A stretch of 64,000 bases of DNA, taken from assembly GCA_963796275.1 (NCBI GenBank), contig CAWCKY010000001.1, positions 32,001 to 96,000 on the forward strand. The letters run 5' to 3'. The stretch is from an uncultured Acidobacteriota bacterium. Lineage in GTDB: Bacteria; Acidobacteriota; Blastocatellia; RBC074. Shown piece after piece: positions 1 through 10,125 of this stretch. A program made the position numbers and the translations under genes. The first letter of the stretch is position 1, and each line of letters opens with the position of its first letter. The notes beneath the pieces are model-generated. The model saw only the letters and a program-made list of their open reading frames with translations, searched no databases and had not been told where the DNA came from.

Positions 1-702
1 TGGACAGCCATCTCTAACTGGTCGACCGTGGCGATAAGCTGTCCGGTCTGCTGGTTGTAGACCTTAACATCGCTGATCTTTGCCGTGCGTATTCCCCAGG
101 ATATATCGAAGCTTCCGATCTCTGCGCGCAGGCCGTACTCTCCGAGCGCAGCCACCACCTGATTTGCAATGTAGCGATTGAGCCTGCCCGAGCGGATGTG
201 GTAGAGGCCGGCAAGGACGAGAAATGCGATGAGTAAAAGAAAACCCAGACCGATATGCAGGAGTCGTTTGTGGCTTCTGTACCAGTGTGAGCGTATGGAT
301 GGCGTCACCTGTGTCTGATCCATGATACTCCTTCAAGTTAACTCAGAAATCATGGGGAGTGACAGTCCAAGCAAAATGTGGCAGTTTTTATAAAAATCTG
401 CACTACTATGGGGGATTGATCATGTGGGACAGTGATCCTGTGAGATGGTGATGATAGCACGACTAACCAAGGCGAGGAAGCGGCAGTCAACGTGGTCGCG
501 ATGCGCTATTGGCTAAAGGCAGCGAAGCGCCTCGTCAATGTCTATTGGAAGATTCCGAAAGGAACGACACGATATACGCTGACCCAGATCGCCGAATGGA
601 TCGATGCGGAAATGCGAAGGTCAGAGAGTTGACAGATGCCGCTGTCAAGAGGCTGAAACAAGTCGGATCAGAACCGTTCCATAAAATATGGTCGAATATG
701 AC

Positions 703-2250
703 TCATACTTTACGCCGGCGCTTTTGTTTATTTGCCGCCGGCAGTTTCGCTCTCTGATTGACGCGCGATTTGATCTCAGGCGCTCCGGCGCGTTCTAGAG
801 TCGGCCCCGGAACGGTCACCGTCCTGATCTTCCCATCCTGAGATGAGGCATTCCGGTGTTCCAAGCGGGACTCGTACCTTTCGGCAAGAATCATCCTGAC
901 GGTCTCTTTAGGCGTGTAAAGAGTGATCCTCGGATCATTGACTCTTGCCTTCTGGTTGATTGCCGCGATCACATCCGCATGGCCCGCGTGCCAGCATTTG
1001 ACGCACTGAAACCTATCTCCCTTGCGATTCGCCTTACTCAAATAACCGCAAGCGGGACAGGTTTGCGAGCTGTATGCCGGATTGACCTGCTCTCGACGGC
1101 ATCCTGCCGCCGACGCCTTGAAGTCGATCCTTCCCCTCAACGCGTGTCGATGCCAATAACTCACCCGCCGTGAGAGTTCCTTGCTCTGCGCCGGACCACG
1201 CAGATCCAGCTTTTCGACCACCATCACCGCAGGCTTTCTCTCTTCGATCACCTGATTGAACGCCCGATTGACTTCGTTCGCTATCCGCGCGCGGATCCGC
1301 CGCTGCCGCGCTTTCTGTTTTTTGCGACCCAGATTGTATTGCCCGATCTGGTGCGCTTTCGCACCTTTACCTTGCCGGCGATATTTCTTTTGCAGCCCGT
1401 GCAGTTTGTTTCTCTTCTTCCCTTTCTCGTTGAGCGCGGCGCTCGCTTCCTTCAAGACCGCCCCCATCTCCTCGCCGTAGAGTTGCCCCGCGTCATCGGC
1501 GAAGACTTCCGTCACCCCCACATCCAAGGCCACCACTTCCTCACTCGCCGGTTTCCGAGCTTTGACCTCGAACGGGACGTGCAATTCCACGCTGCGCTTC
1601 TCCGGCGCGAGCACCACTCGCAGATTCCCTTTGATCTCCCCTCCGCCCTTGAGCGGGATACCAAGACGTTTGCCTCGTTCCAGGCAACTGATCGCGATCC
1701 ACTCACCTGTCTCCGTCTCGGAGACACGATATAACGTCTCATCCAACACAAAGCTGCGTGCTCGGCGCACTTGCGGACGCCGCCCCATGATCTTGCGCGC
1801 CTGCCGCCGCACATAATTCTGCACCTGCTTCCGCTCAGATAAACTCAAAGCGATCTGTTCGCTTTTCGGCGCGCGGCCCAATATTAATTGCGAAAATCTC
1901 TGCGGGTCTGACAATAACCAGCGCCCGTATCCTTTCTGTGCCGTGCTCCACTCACGCCCACTGACATAAATCTCTTCAGCGATCGCCGCCCAATATTTCT
2001 CCTCCGTTTCAAAGGCTTCCTTGACCGCCAGGTCCGACATGTGCACAGGCAAGGAGATGCGCCTGTGATAATCGCTCAGCTTCAATTCGTCGCGCCGGTC
2101 GCGCCAAGTGTCCGCCGAGGCGAAGTTCGTCGCCCCCTGATAATGCTCCAGATGACGCTGCTTATCGCAGGCAAACTCCTCTGCCAGGCGCTCGATGGCT
2201 TTCCATTTGCCCCAATTCAACTCCACGCTTTCACGTTTGACTGTTCGCAT
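703..2250 (-). CDS. tnpB: TnpB RNA-guided endonuclease (IS607 type), 515 aa
   Basis: RuvC-I VVALDVGV, RuvC-II VVEKLD, Zn finger CPAC..CVKC and RuvC-III ADVIAAIN are all intact. Confidence 0.92.
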   Translation of the reverse strand: MRTVKRESVELNWGKWKAIERLAEEFACDKQRHLEHYQGATNFASADTWRDRRDELKLSDYHRRISLPVHMSDLAVKEAFETEEKYWAAIAEEIYVSGREWSTAQKGYGRWLLSDPQRFSQLILGRAPKSEQIALSLSERKQVQNYVRRQARKIMGRRPQVRRARSFVLDETLYRVSETETGEWIAISCLERGKRLGIPLKGGGEIKGNLRVVLAPEKRSVELHVPFEVKARKPASEEVVALDVGVTEVFADDAGQLYGEEMGAVLKEASAALNEKGKKRNKLHGLQKKYRRQGKGAKAHQIGQYNLGRKKQKARQRRIRARIANEVNRAFNQVIEERKPAVMVVEKLDLRGPAQSKELSRRVSYWHRHALRGRIDFKASAAGCRREQVNPAYSSQTCPACGYLSKANRKGDRFQCVKCWHAGHADVIAAINQKARVNDPRITLYTPKETVRMILAERYESRLEHRNASSQDGKIRTVTVPGPTLERAGAPEIKSRVNQRAKLPAANKQKRRRKV

Positions 2251-2818
2251 CTTCTATCGCCTTGATCGCCCGCCGCGCCCGATTCGCGGCTGACCGCTTC
2301 CCATATAGTCGCGCGCAAAAGGAGGTCAGGACTTCCGTCATATCACGAACTATATCTTCTTTGACTTCACTCTCATCCATTACCATGATTCGCCGGCCCT
2401 GTCCGGCGAGCGCCGCTTCCAAATACTCGTACCCGAATCTCATCAGTCTATCCCGATGCTCCACTACAATGACGCCTATGCTATTATCTCGCAACAATTT
2501 CATCAGCTTTGTTCTTTGGCCGTTCATCGCCGAGCCGATCTCAGTGACTGATTGAGCGATCGGCAATTTCTTCTTTACTGCATATTCAAGCAAACGCGCG
2601 ACCTGACGATCGAGATCATTCTTCTGGTCAGCCGATGAGACTCTGGCATATAAGGCCACGCCCTGGGCTTTCTCTCCTTCGGCTCGTGTTTTGACAATGA
2701 TTGTTCCCGTCGCCAGTTGTTCGGCTTCCACGGGCAAGGTACCGGCTTGAAACATCCGCCAAGCGGTGCGATAGCTCAATCCGTTTTCCCTGGCCCATTT
2801 GCTCAACTTCATACGCAT
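2231..2818 (-). CDS. tnpA: IS607 transposase (N-terminal HTH + serine recombinase)
   Basis: MKLSKWARENGLSYRTAWR HTH; LYARVSS catalytic motif; VVEHRDRLMRFG; SFCARLYGKRS. Confidence 0.95.
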   Translation of the reverse strand: MRMKLSKWARENGLSYRTAWRMFQAGTLPVEAEQLATGTIIVKTRAEGEKAQGVALYARVSSADQKNDLDRQVARLLEYAVKKKLPIAQSVTEIGSAMNGQRTKLMKLLRDNSIGVIVVEHRDRLMRFGYEYLEAALAGQGRRIMVMDESEVKEDIVRDMTEVLTSFCARLYGKRSAANRARRAIKAIEDANSQT

Positions 2819-2824
2819 ATATGA

Positions 2825-3268
2825 TCATAATTGCTCATATATATCCATATTAATTTGAGCTGTGGCCAACCCTTGCGCCAGCTCGACATAAGCAAAATCG
2901 GCCCCTGAATGATCTAAACTCAGATTCTCATCCTCAACGCGCAACTCCTGGACTGGCGAGGTCACAAGCCGCCAGCCGTCAGCGTTAACCTCCATCCTAA
3001 GCCCGACACCGAGCCAACCCATCTTGAGCATGCAGCCCCCAAAGGTTGAACCGCTCACGGTAGCCTCAACCAACTCAGCCAAGTATTTCCAGCCCTTCAC
3101 AAGCGCGCGCCCCGACTCAGGTTCGAGCAGGAATATCTCATAGTCGCTATTGCATGTGCGCACGTGGATCGTATCGCAAGGTTCCAGCGTTTCCAGCATC
3201 ACCCCCTCAAGCTCATCCTTCTTCCCAATGACTCCATCTAAAGTGTAATATTGCGACATGGTATACAT
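2825..3268 (-). CDS. Hypothetical protein with its C-terminus replaced by the IS607 left end
   Basis: 147-aa ORF whose last 13 codons lie inside the IS. Removing the IS restores ...AQGLVLIRLVSAS*, with a TTGACAG/CTGTCAA hairpin (629-648) overlapping the restored stop. Confidence 0.6.
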   Translation of the reverse strand: MYTMSQYYTLDGVIGKKDELEGVMLETLEPCDTIHVRTCNSDYEIFLLEPESGRALVKGWKYLAELVEATVSGSTFGGCMLKMGWLGVGLRMEVNADGWRLVTSPVQELRVEDENLSLDHSGADFAYVELAQGLATAQINMDIYEQL

Positions 3269-3722
3269 AATTTTCTCGATGCTTGCCCCCTCATATGAGT
3301 GTCAAGCATTCGTCCTTTCAAAACTGTTAAGGGTAAAAAGCGTGCCTGCGTTAAATGCTGGACTTATGGCTGGCAAGGAATAGCAAGTGGGTTAAATTGC
3401 GCACCATTTAGGTGAATTTGCCCGTTCAGATGGGCTGTGATCTTTTCGAGGTCTCGCCTCCAGTCAAGAATTCTTATCCCTATCACGCAGCCATTTGCTC
3501 AATTAGCCACGTCGCATCCTCGATGTGAGCGGTGGGCCCGGAGTTTCAAGCATGGCTCGAAAAACTCGATCACAGAATCCCCGACCTGCAGCTAGGCCTC
3601 TTCCTCGGCGCTGAGCGATCAACCAACGTAAACATAAAGCTACTGATAATCAACAAGAAGGTATCTATCAATCAGCGAGTGCGGTTCGAAGTGGCCGAAG
3701 AGCTTACAGAGGAAAGACTAAA

Positions 3723-4091
3723 ATGAACAGCGCTAAATCCGCGTCTCAAGTAAGTACACGTGCCCGAGCTGCGACCAGAACGCATGGGGCGAAGCCGTTG
3801 GTTGATAAACATGGAGGAATGGCAATGACCAGTCTCAATAAAATAATAAACAAGATATATGCTGACGAGGTCGAGATCACAACGGAAGTGCAAGTTAACA
3901 TTGCGTTGTCTTTGTTTAGATCGGAGGAAGGCAAATTAGTGGCCCAAATTAACTTTGTGCGAGATGGCGAGTACCTCGAGATTGAAGATGCCGGCATCTT
4001 TTTTCATGTTTCACCTGATGAGGCCTGCAAGATTGCAAACATTTCACCAGACGACGATGTCTGGGAAGTCGAAGAGCTACATGCAATATAG
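3723..4091 (+). CDS. Hypothetical protein
   Basis: 122-aa ORF with protein-like composition; an internal GGAGG RBS suggests a later start. Confidence 0.45.
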   Translation: MNSAKSASQVSTRARAATRTHGAKPLVDKHGGMAMTSLNKIINKIYADEVEITTEVQVNIALSLFRSEEGKLVAQINFVRDGEYLEIEDAGIFFHVSPDEACKIANISPDDDVWEVEELHAI

Positions 4092-4096
4092 CGGTA

Positions 4097-4466
4097 CGTG
4101 GAAGGTAAACCCTGCCAAGAGTAAAACCGAGAACCCGATATGTTTACTCCATTTTCCACACTAGAAAATTGTGTGCAAATGTGCAATTGGGTTGACGTGT
4201 CAGGGGTGTTTTATGAAGTTCAATGCGCCCCTCAGCCATGCCTGTAAAGGCAGGGGGTAAGGACGGATGGTGACTGTGATCTGACTCGTTGCCCTGCCGG
4301 TTGTTCATTTGTCACCATCCGGTTTCTGGGAAATCCCCCCTTTCTGATTCACGCAACAAAAGGGTATTCATTTACAAATTCCCCCTCAAGCGGTTCCCAC
4401 GAACACAGGGTATTCAAGACAAACAATCTTCAATACCAAAAGGTTGGCATTCTATTATGAGCGTTG
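4097..4466 (+). repeat. ~370-bp structured non-coding repeat, copy 1 (candidate ncRNA)
   Basis: Colinear with 23330-23694; differs by small indels and substitutions; multiple hairpins. Confidence 0.85.
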
Positions 4467-4650
4467 ATCCCGGCATTGATCATCGAATCGCCATCAACTC
4501 GCATAAAGAACGTCGTCGCCGGCTGTTTGGAGATTCCGACCGATATCCAGAGACTCCTCGATGTAATCCTGTGCGAGTGAATGAAAACCTGCTGAAACAC
4601 ACGCGCCATGACAAGCGGGAGCCTCGTGGCCAAAGGCAGCGACGCATACC
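4462..4650 (-). pseudogene. umuD: UmuD/S24 peptidase fragment, frameshifted
   Basis: VSAGFHSLAQDYIEESLDI and QPATTFFMRVDGDSMINAGI occur in two different frames. Confidence 0.75.
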
Positions 4651-5271
4651 GAGAGGCGAACCGCTAAGGCGGAGAGGCGTGGGCTGTGGGCGGATCCGTC
4701 GCCGGTGGCGCCGTGGGAGTTTCGAAGGGGTAAGCGTGAGCCGAAAGTTGATGTTACCGCGCCGGCAGCTATAAGAGGCGAAGTAATAGGCAACAAAAAT
4801 AGTGGAATATACCACCGACCTAACTGTCCAGATTATCGCAAAGGTGTCAGAGCGTAACAGAGTAATTTTCGGAACAACGGCAGACGCCGAAAAGGCGGGC
4901 TACAGATTGGCAGGGATTTGCCCACGGTAAAAGTAGAAGCTCCTTGGTTGCACAATAAAATGCTGAATCAGCATTTAGCAAGAAATCAAACGTGATCTCA
5001 ACATCTGCTTTTGTCCTAATACTTCATTCCTTTCCTTATCGATCCCATCGAGCCGGATATTGTGCTGTCACTTAGTGGATCGGAATAATAATTCAGAAAA
5101 CTGCAATTGTCGTAATTGATCTTGAAAGCACGAGCCCGTGCGAATGTTCTGTGACCGCCGTGGAACGGTGTGAAACGCTGGTGTTATATCCTGCTCAGAA
5201 GAAGATTTCGGGTGGCATAGGGACAAATAACATGAGCTGTGGAACACCGTGGAACAAGCTTCAACGTTTCT

Positions 5272-6255
5272 TCAGAGCGCGGCCTGGCCGATACGCCGCT
5301 CTTCTACGAGGCTAGCAATCATCATTACCAGTTCGGCAGGCTCGACCGGCTTGGCGACGTGCATGTTGAAGCCTGCGGTGAGTGCGCGCACCCAATCTTC
5401 TCTTCTACTCGCCATTGCCGTGAGCGCTATCGCCGGAAGCCGCTGCGACTCCTTAATTCGCTGCTCTGCTTCGAGCGTTCTAACACGTTTCATTACGGCG
5501 TAACCGTCTTCACCCGGCATGGCAATGTCATATATAAACACGTGGGGCCATTGACTGTCCGTCTGGGCGGCCAGAATCGACAGAGCCTCGTCTCCGGAAG
5601 AGACCGCTGTCACGACTGCGCCGCATTGGCTCAGAAAAGTAGCAAGCACTTCACGCGCTTCCTGCTGATCGTCCACCGCCAGCACCCTCACGCCTTCAAT
5701 TGTCGCTGTGTCGGGTAGTTCGATTGCGCCTTCAATATGTAAGGCGGGCAGTTTCATTTTAAAGAACCTGCTCTGCGCCAACAGCGGGAGTCTGATGGTG
5801 AAGGTCGAACCGAGCCCTATACCTTTGCTCGCGGCTTCGATCGTGCCGCCATGCAGTTCGGTCAGATGTTTTGCCAGCGCAAGCCCAAGACCGAGACCGC
5901 CACCCCTATGCGAGTTCAACGGATCGGCTTGGTGGAAACGGTCGAAGACATGAGGCAAAAATTCCGGCTCGATGCCTACGCCAGTATCGCTGACGACGAT
6001 GCAAATATCTTCTCCCTTCTAACCACAACTCGACACGCCCGCCTTTGGGAGTGAACTTGATCGCATTCGAGAGTAGATTCCAGATCACCGGCTGCAGTCG
6101 GACTGAATCGCCGGCGACCACCTCAGGCTGCCGGTCATAGCGCGTCCGTAGACTGACGCCTTTAGCCTCTGCCGCCGGGCGTACCACATCCATCGCGTTG
6201 TTGAGCACGGTCACGATGTCAGTCGGGCGCCTATCGAGTCGCAGCTTGCCGGAGG
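5272..6255 (-). pseudogene. Hybrid histidine kinase remnant (HATPase + receiver), 5'-truncated and frameshifted
   Basis: NLLSNAIKFTPKGG, GLGLGLAL, VLAVDD and KP motifs split over two ORFs. Confidence 0.85.
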
Positions 6256-6339
6256 AACGCCGACCAGTAACATTAAAGTTGACGTGCGAATAATTGCCGC
6301 GACGCATCGCGATCTACGAGCATAGGTCGAGGAAGGTTC

Positions 6340-6838
6340 TTTTCGGGAGGATTTATATAATCGTCTCAACCCTTATCCTATCAGGACGCCACCGCTGCGC
6401 GAGCATCTCGAAGATATTCCACTGTTGATAGAGCCTACGCTTAAGAAAGTGAGAGCGCGTGCGAGATTGCAGTATGAGGTCAGGTTCGCCCCGGCTGCAC
6501 TCGACACGCTGTGTAACTGGGGCTACAGATGGCCGGGCAATTTTCGCGAGTTCGAAAACAAAATTCTGTGGCTTGCGATAAAAGCGAAGAGGACCGAGGG
6601 GGTCATCACGGAAGCTCTTGTGTGGGAGATGTTTGGGCGGAGCGGCGCAATTGCGGAGGACCGCAGCGGCGGCGCTAACGCCGAAATGGATGAGATGCGG
6701 GAATATCTCGACATCATGGGGGCGCTCAAGATGACACGCGGAAACAAACGAAAAGCAGCTCTCCTTTTGGGGATGCCTCGCACAACAATGCAATCGAAGC
6801 TCCAGAGATTCGAGCGCCGCGTATCAGGCCGTTTTTAA
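6340..6838 (+). pseudogene. Sigma54-dependent activator C-terminal remnant (end of AAA+ domain + Fis HTH)
   Basis: EDLYNRL..PPLREHLEDIP, YRWPGNFREFEN, GNKRKAALLLGMPRTT; N-terminus absent. Confidence 0.8.
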
Positions 6839-6991
6839 AATACGCACAGCTTCAATCACTTATGCGCGATTTATCGGGGATAAAAAGTCTCGGCCGAGCC
6901 AGGAGCACAGAGTACAAACATCCACCAGCCGATAAAGCGTCTTCCCAATCCCTGCGACAAATCCGTGGCCGAGAGGCTCTCGTAGGGATTA

Positions 6992-7735
6992 GTGGTTAGT
7001 AGCGAGAGAATTTACGCAGGTAGTCCGAGCATACGAACAATGAAAAGAGCGAACAGCCCTAATAGACATACGTGTGCCCCCTCACAGACGAACGCGAAGC
7101 ATGGAGCTGCGGTCGATGGTGAGTCGCTCCTCGATGATCGAGATTGGGAACTTTTCCTGAAAGCCTCCGGACTTGATGGCGATCCGGAGGCGGCTGACGC
7201 GCAGGCTCGCCTCTGGCTGCGGCTTGACGAAACTCTCGACCAGCCGTCGAGCGGCAGGTGGTTACGGAGCACGTTTCGCGCCGGCATCAGGGAAGCTCAC
7301 AAGCGTTCGACGTTCAATCGAGTGACCATAGAAGAATACATGGCATATATCGAGGGGGACCTAGATATCTATTTTGTGAATGATGAAATTGAATTGCTCT
7401 ATCACAGAGAGGCAACGCCTATCGAGATTACGGCATGGAAAGATTCTCTGTTTGATGGGCGGGACTGGCTTATATTTTTGAGTCCGGATGCACTTCACGA
7501 CGATCCGGATGCGGCCGACGATCAGGCCCGTCTTTGGCTGCGACTCGATGAATCCCTCAACGATCCACAGAATGCAGCTCGATTACGGGATACATTTAGG
7601 GTAGGCATTAGAGAGGCTCAAACACGTTCGACATATAAACACCTGCCGCTACAAGAGTACATCGCACATATCAAGAACGGATACAGTCGAGAGATCTGGG
7701 ATACTCTGAGCGGCATGGGCAGAAGGAGAGGGTAA
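6992..7735 (+). CDS. Hypothetical protein with an internal tandem domain duplication
   Basis: Two ~75-aa repeats (DxRDWxxFL...DPxAADxQARLWLRLDE...TFRxGIREA..RST). Confidence 0.75.
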   Translation: MVSSERIYAGSPSIRTMKRANSPNRHTCAPSQTNAKHGAAVDGESLLDDRDWELFLKASGLDGDPEAADAQARLWLRLDETLDQPSSGRWLRSTFRAGIREAHKRSTFNRVTIEEYMAYIEGDLDIYFVNDEIELLYHREATPIEITAWKDSLFDGRDWLIFLSPDALHDDPDAADDQARLWLRLDESLNDPQNAARLRDTFRVGIREAQTRSTYKHLPLQEYIAHIKNGYSREIWDTLSGMGRRRG

Positions 7736-7736
7736 T

Positions 7737-8333
7737 ATGGCCGCAAGACCACGAGACACTCCCTCACCCAAACAAATTAAAGACGCGTTGAGACAGGCAT
7801 CAGATGGCGACCTGTTCTATGAGGTCTGTCGACGGGGGATGATCTCGTCTCCGGAAATCAAAAGAAGGGAAAAGTGGGGTGAGGCAAAAAAATCCCTAGA
7901 AGATCAAAAAGATTCTGCAGCCAGGCACAGAGAATATGTTCAGGAATTGTTTGTCCTACTTCACCAGAAGCGGATCGAGAAGATAGAGGAGAAATGTATC
8001 TGGCGCGCGCACACGGTTCCTGAGTTTGCGGCTCTTGGCGTGATGATGACCAAAACAATCTTCGATCATTTGGTCGATGCCCGGCGTGCCGAGTTGGATC
8101 AGGGCAGTTGTAATATTGAATCGCTATTGGAAGACTTCATGAGTGATAGCGGCCGCTCATTTGCGGAAAGTCTTGTTTCAGGAGATATCCGCATCCGGTC
8201 TACTTTGTGGGCAAGTCTCATTTATACGACGGTCCATTATGCTGCTAGGTCTTTCTCGGACATTGTGGATGAAGATGCAGTAGAGGCAGATCAGGACAAT
8301 CGGAGTCCCGAAGAGCCTGGTTTCATCAACTAA
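7737..8333 (+). CDS. Hypothetical helical protein, operonic with the upstream gene
   Basis: AGGAG RBS; starts 1 nt after the previous stop. Confidence 0.7.
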   Translation: MAARPRDTPSPKQIKDALRQASDGDLFYEVCRRGMISSPEIKRREKWGEAKKSLEDQKDSAARHREYVQELFVLLHQKRIEKIEEKCIWRAHTVPEFAALGVMMTKTIFDHLVDARRAELDQGSCNIESLLEDFMSDSGRSFAESLVSGDIRIRSTLWASLIYTTVHYAARSFSDIVDEDAVEADQDNRSPEEPGFIN

Positions 8334-8376
8334 CGAAAAGCCAGCCAGTGACGCATTTTTAAGTAGGCGGAGGACG

Positions 8377-8560
8377 ATTGAAACGAATAGAGTCGCCTTT
8401 TCCACTTATGTGCATCGTGCTCCGCTCCTCCGCCGTCAATTCCTCCGCTTTTGCTCCGGCCCCCGGGTGATTGCGCTCGGTCGCTGCGCAACATAGCAAA
8501 TAAGAGGAAAAGGCTATCACCCAGTTCTGTCGAACTATGATTACGATGCGCGAACACAAT
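8377..8560. repeat. Hairpin-forming intergenic element, copy 1
   Basis: Inverted repeat GCCTTTTCCACTTATGTGC...GCAAATAAGAGGAAAAGGC; homologous to 25794-25999 and partly to 39895-39955. Confidence 0.75.
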
Positions 8561-8838
8561 CTGTCGGCAGCGTCGGACCTTCCCAAGACTAGAAGGTCGG
8601 GGTGTAATTGACTTAGGTCGACTCCGCGGGAAGCCATCTTGATTATGAAGATGGTAAGCAACCCTCTGGGCTTCTGCGAATATCTATTCCTCTCGATTTC
8701 ATCCTCACTGATTTCTTCTTGCCATCGAAAGCGGGCTGCTGATAGAGAGTGGCGCAGTGCTTGATGTCACGGCAATCTTAATATTTTTTTATATGATATA
8801 TTCAATATTAATGGCACTTAGTTCGACATTAGGTACGT

Positions 8839-9972
8839 ATGATGAGTATTCAGAATCTCAACGAACTGGCAACACTCATCAAGCATGAGCATGAGCGCGA
8901 TGCTTTGCTCTCTCAGTGGAGGGAGCAAGTGCGGCAACTCCCATCAGCGAAGGATCTCGATACACCCACGCTGAACGATCAGATTCCCGCCCTCCTTGAT
9001 GAATTGGCCGCCGCATTCCACTCAGCGTCTGATCAAACGATCCCGGAAGAGATTCGGGAAGGCAATTCGCCAGCCCACGGCATGCAGCGGTATCAAGATG
9101 GGTTCGACATCATCGAAGTTGTGGCAGAGTACAATATCCTTCGCGGCTGCATCTACGATCTCGCCGAAACCCATGGCCTCAGCCTGGATGGCAAGGCGTT
9201 CCATATCTTGAATCGCGTCCTGGATAAGGCGATCGGATTGGCCGTCCAGACATTTTCCACTCAGCAAGCGCTCGAAATGCAGCGGCGCCGTGAAGAGTAT
9301 TTGGCATTTGTGGCGCACGATCTGCGCAGCCCGCTTAATGCTATCTCCCTTGCCGCGCATGTTCTGCAACCCCCGTTCTCTGAGCAAGACGACAGCGCTG
9401 AAACTGCCCAGATGCTCAAGACGCTCCACCGTAACGTGCAGCGTCTTCAAGCGCTGGTTGAAAACGTGTTAAAAGAGAGCGATCACATCCAAACTGAGAC
9501 CGGCATCAAATTGGAGCGCCGTGAGTTCGATTTATGGCCGCTTGTCGCGGCCCTTATCCACGATCTGCATCCTGTGGCTGGAACCTCCCGTACGCAACTT
9601 ATCAACGAGGTTCCCGAGGATCTAATCGCTTACGCGGACGCGAGTTTACTGAAGCGTGTATTTCAGAACTTGATCGCGAATGCGATTAAGTATACCCCGC
9701 GCGGAGAAGTCGTCATCGGGGTGCGAGAAGTCGGAGCGGCAGGCGGCCTCGAGTGCTGGGTCCGCGACAATGGCGCTGGAATCCCTGAAGACCGGCTCGA
9801 AATAATCTTCGACAAACTAGAAACCGATCCGGAAAAGGAAGGTGGAACAGGCCTGGGTCTTGCCATCGTGAAGACGTTTGTCGAGGCGCACGACGGGAAT
9901 GTGACTGTGGAAAGTAAGGAAGGCGTTGGCTCAACTTTCCGGTTCACGCTTCCTGGCCGGGGGGCAGGTTAG
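8839..9972 (+). CDS. Sensor histidine kinase with an RsbRD_N-like N-terminal domain
   Basis: H-box VAHDLRSPL, N-box NLIANAIKY, G-boxes DNGAGI and GTGLGL. Confidence 0.92.
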   Translation: MMSIQNLNELATLIKHEHERDALLSQWREQVRQLPSAKDLDTPTLNDQIPALLDELAAAFHSASDQTIPEEIREGNSPAHGMQRYQDGFDIIEVVAEYNILRGCIYDLAETHGLSLDGKAFHILNRVLDKAIGLAVQTFSTQQALEMQRRREEYLAFVAHDLRSPLNAISLAAHVLQPPFSEQDDSAETAQMLKTLHRNVQRLQALVENVLKESDHIQTETGIKLERREFDLWPLVAALIHDLHPVAGTSRTQLINEVPEDLIAYADASLLKRVFQNLIANAIKYTPRGEVVIGVREVGAAGGLECWVRDNGAGIPEDRLEIIFDKLETDPEKEGGTGLGLAIVKTFVEAHDGNVTVESKEGVGSTFRFTLPGRGAG

Positions 9973-10125
9973 CGGCGCTTGACATGTAGGAGCTGTAAAA
10001 GGCATTCAGACCGAAGCGCGGCCTCGGGGCTACTTTTGTCATGCGCGCAGTATGAAATACGCCAGGAGCGCCGGACGATATATAAGAAGAAGCCTTAGCT
10101 ATTTGATCAAACCACAGCGCTGCCT

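Larger units (their letters stand above)
674..2867 (-). mobile_element. Complete IS607-family insertion sequence (TnpA serine recombinase + TnpB)
   Basis: Overlapping tnpA-tnpB pair. On the minus strand the left end reads GG|CCACAGCTCAAATTAATATGG and the right end reads ...TTTTATGGAACGG. Both junctions carry the GG core typical of IS607, with no terminal inverted repeats. Confidence 0.88.

Noticed and set aside
340-700. Possible group I intron (IStron) around the IS607
   Set aside because: No recognisable P7 or catalytic core, and the left end runs directly into tnpA with no room for an intron
856-1816. Antisense and alternative-frame ORFs over tnpB, and similarly over rhs, ompA, IS91 and IS256
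   Set aside because: Shadow ORFs of well-supported genes, with no motifs or RBS
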